A stretch of 63,167 nucleotides of DNA, counting the filler, from Polymyxa betae A26-41 (Eukaryota; Protista; Endomyxa: Phytomyxea): the NCBI GenBank assembly GCA_003693705.1. It is 7 parts of 7 records of this genome, joined end to end, with 100 filler letters (N's around TTAATTAATTAA, not from the genome) between each part and the next. Parts side by side here need not be neighbours in the genome. Positions count along the whole stretch, not along the records: positions 59,869 to 63,167 come from RBZT01000937.1; 6 more parts are not named here. One strand, 5' to 3'. Each line of letters begins with the position of its first letter. Position 1 is the first letter of the stretch. Position numbers and translations under genes: made by a program. Below are positions 62,451-63,167 of the stretch, one piece after another. Under the pieces are notes generated by a model that ran no database searches, was not told where the DNA came from, and worked only from the letters and a program-made list of their open reading frames with translations.

Positions 62451-63167
62451 CCTCAGTTGTTTTTTGGCACCAGTCTCTTGGAGAACGGACTGAACCGGGT
62501 TTCGATTCAGAATTGCATAGAAGCATGACGGAACCTTACATTTTGCCTCGAGTCCGCAGAACTGCGCAGGCCTGCGTTTTACCGCATTTTCGAACCTGCG
62601 AATTTTTCACCTCCGTTTCGCAAGTTCACGCAGAATTTTGCACTTCGAATTGAGTGAAATCGCAGATTCTGCTGAGAGATATTTGCTGAGCATTGAAGAT
62701 ATTTGCATGAGCCATCTGCGTAAATTTACATATCCAAAACGCATGTAATCACCGAATAATTGCAGAGAAACGCAATCAGGATAAATTCAATTTTTACAAT
62801 AAATCACAGCTAGCTCTAATCAATCAGTCTCGAACATAAAGTAAAGTATTATCTGTTTTGAAGTTTATTTGTCAAAGTTATTCCCAGCCTAGCCATATCA
62901 GCCAATACATCACCCGTAAAGCAATCCAATTAAAATTGCCAGGAATCTCTTTCATATCCAATTGTATCAGATTTAATAAAGCCCCGTACGCAAACTTGTA
63001 AAGACGAGTGCGCAATACCATATTGCCATACGAAGTATTCATCGCATAAATCTGAAAGGTTTAAAAACTACGACCAAGCTCAAGTATGACAAGCTGCACT
63101 ATAATAGTACAGCTACCAAGTCCGCCCGGCGTCGAGAGGTCCGCACGGCATGACCAGGCCAAATTTA

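Overview
This is a eukaryotic, transposon-dominated window. It consists of seven contigs joined by six artificial 100-nt spacers (44 N + TTAATTAATTAA + 44 N), plus two ordinary N gaps, so adjacency across spacers is not reliable. Most of the sequence is nested, degenerate mobile DNA. That includes chromodomain-bearing Ty3/Gypsy elements and solo LTRs, two Ty1/Copia remnants, an RNase H-containing LINE, PIF/Harbinger elements and a MITE with TCA/TTA target duplications, CACTA-like, MULE and pogo remnants, and a Helitron helicase broken by an internal inversion. Host-type genes are scattered among these: a tRNA-Pro(AGG), a signal-peptide F-box protein with a partial paralog, a signal-peptide protein kinase, and a membrane protein. 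There is also an intron-rich, cysteine-containing repeat-module secreted family with at least five members or fragments. Finally, a head-to-head gene pair shares an unusual double zinc-finger module: five tandem copies in one gene, and one copy fused to a SIM and a SUMO-like domain in the other. An intronless virus-like fragment (D5/SF3 helicase plus a divergent ORF) interrupts the CACTA transposase. Short introns of about 50 nt, TTTAGGG-like motifs and the secreted F-box/kinase genes suggest a plant-parasitic protist such as a phytomyxid, but this is inference only.
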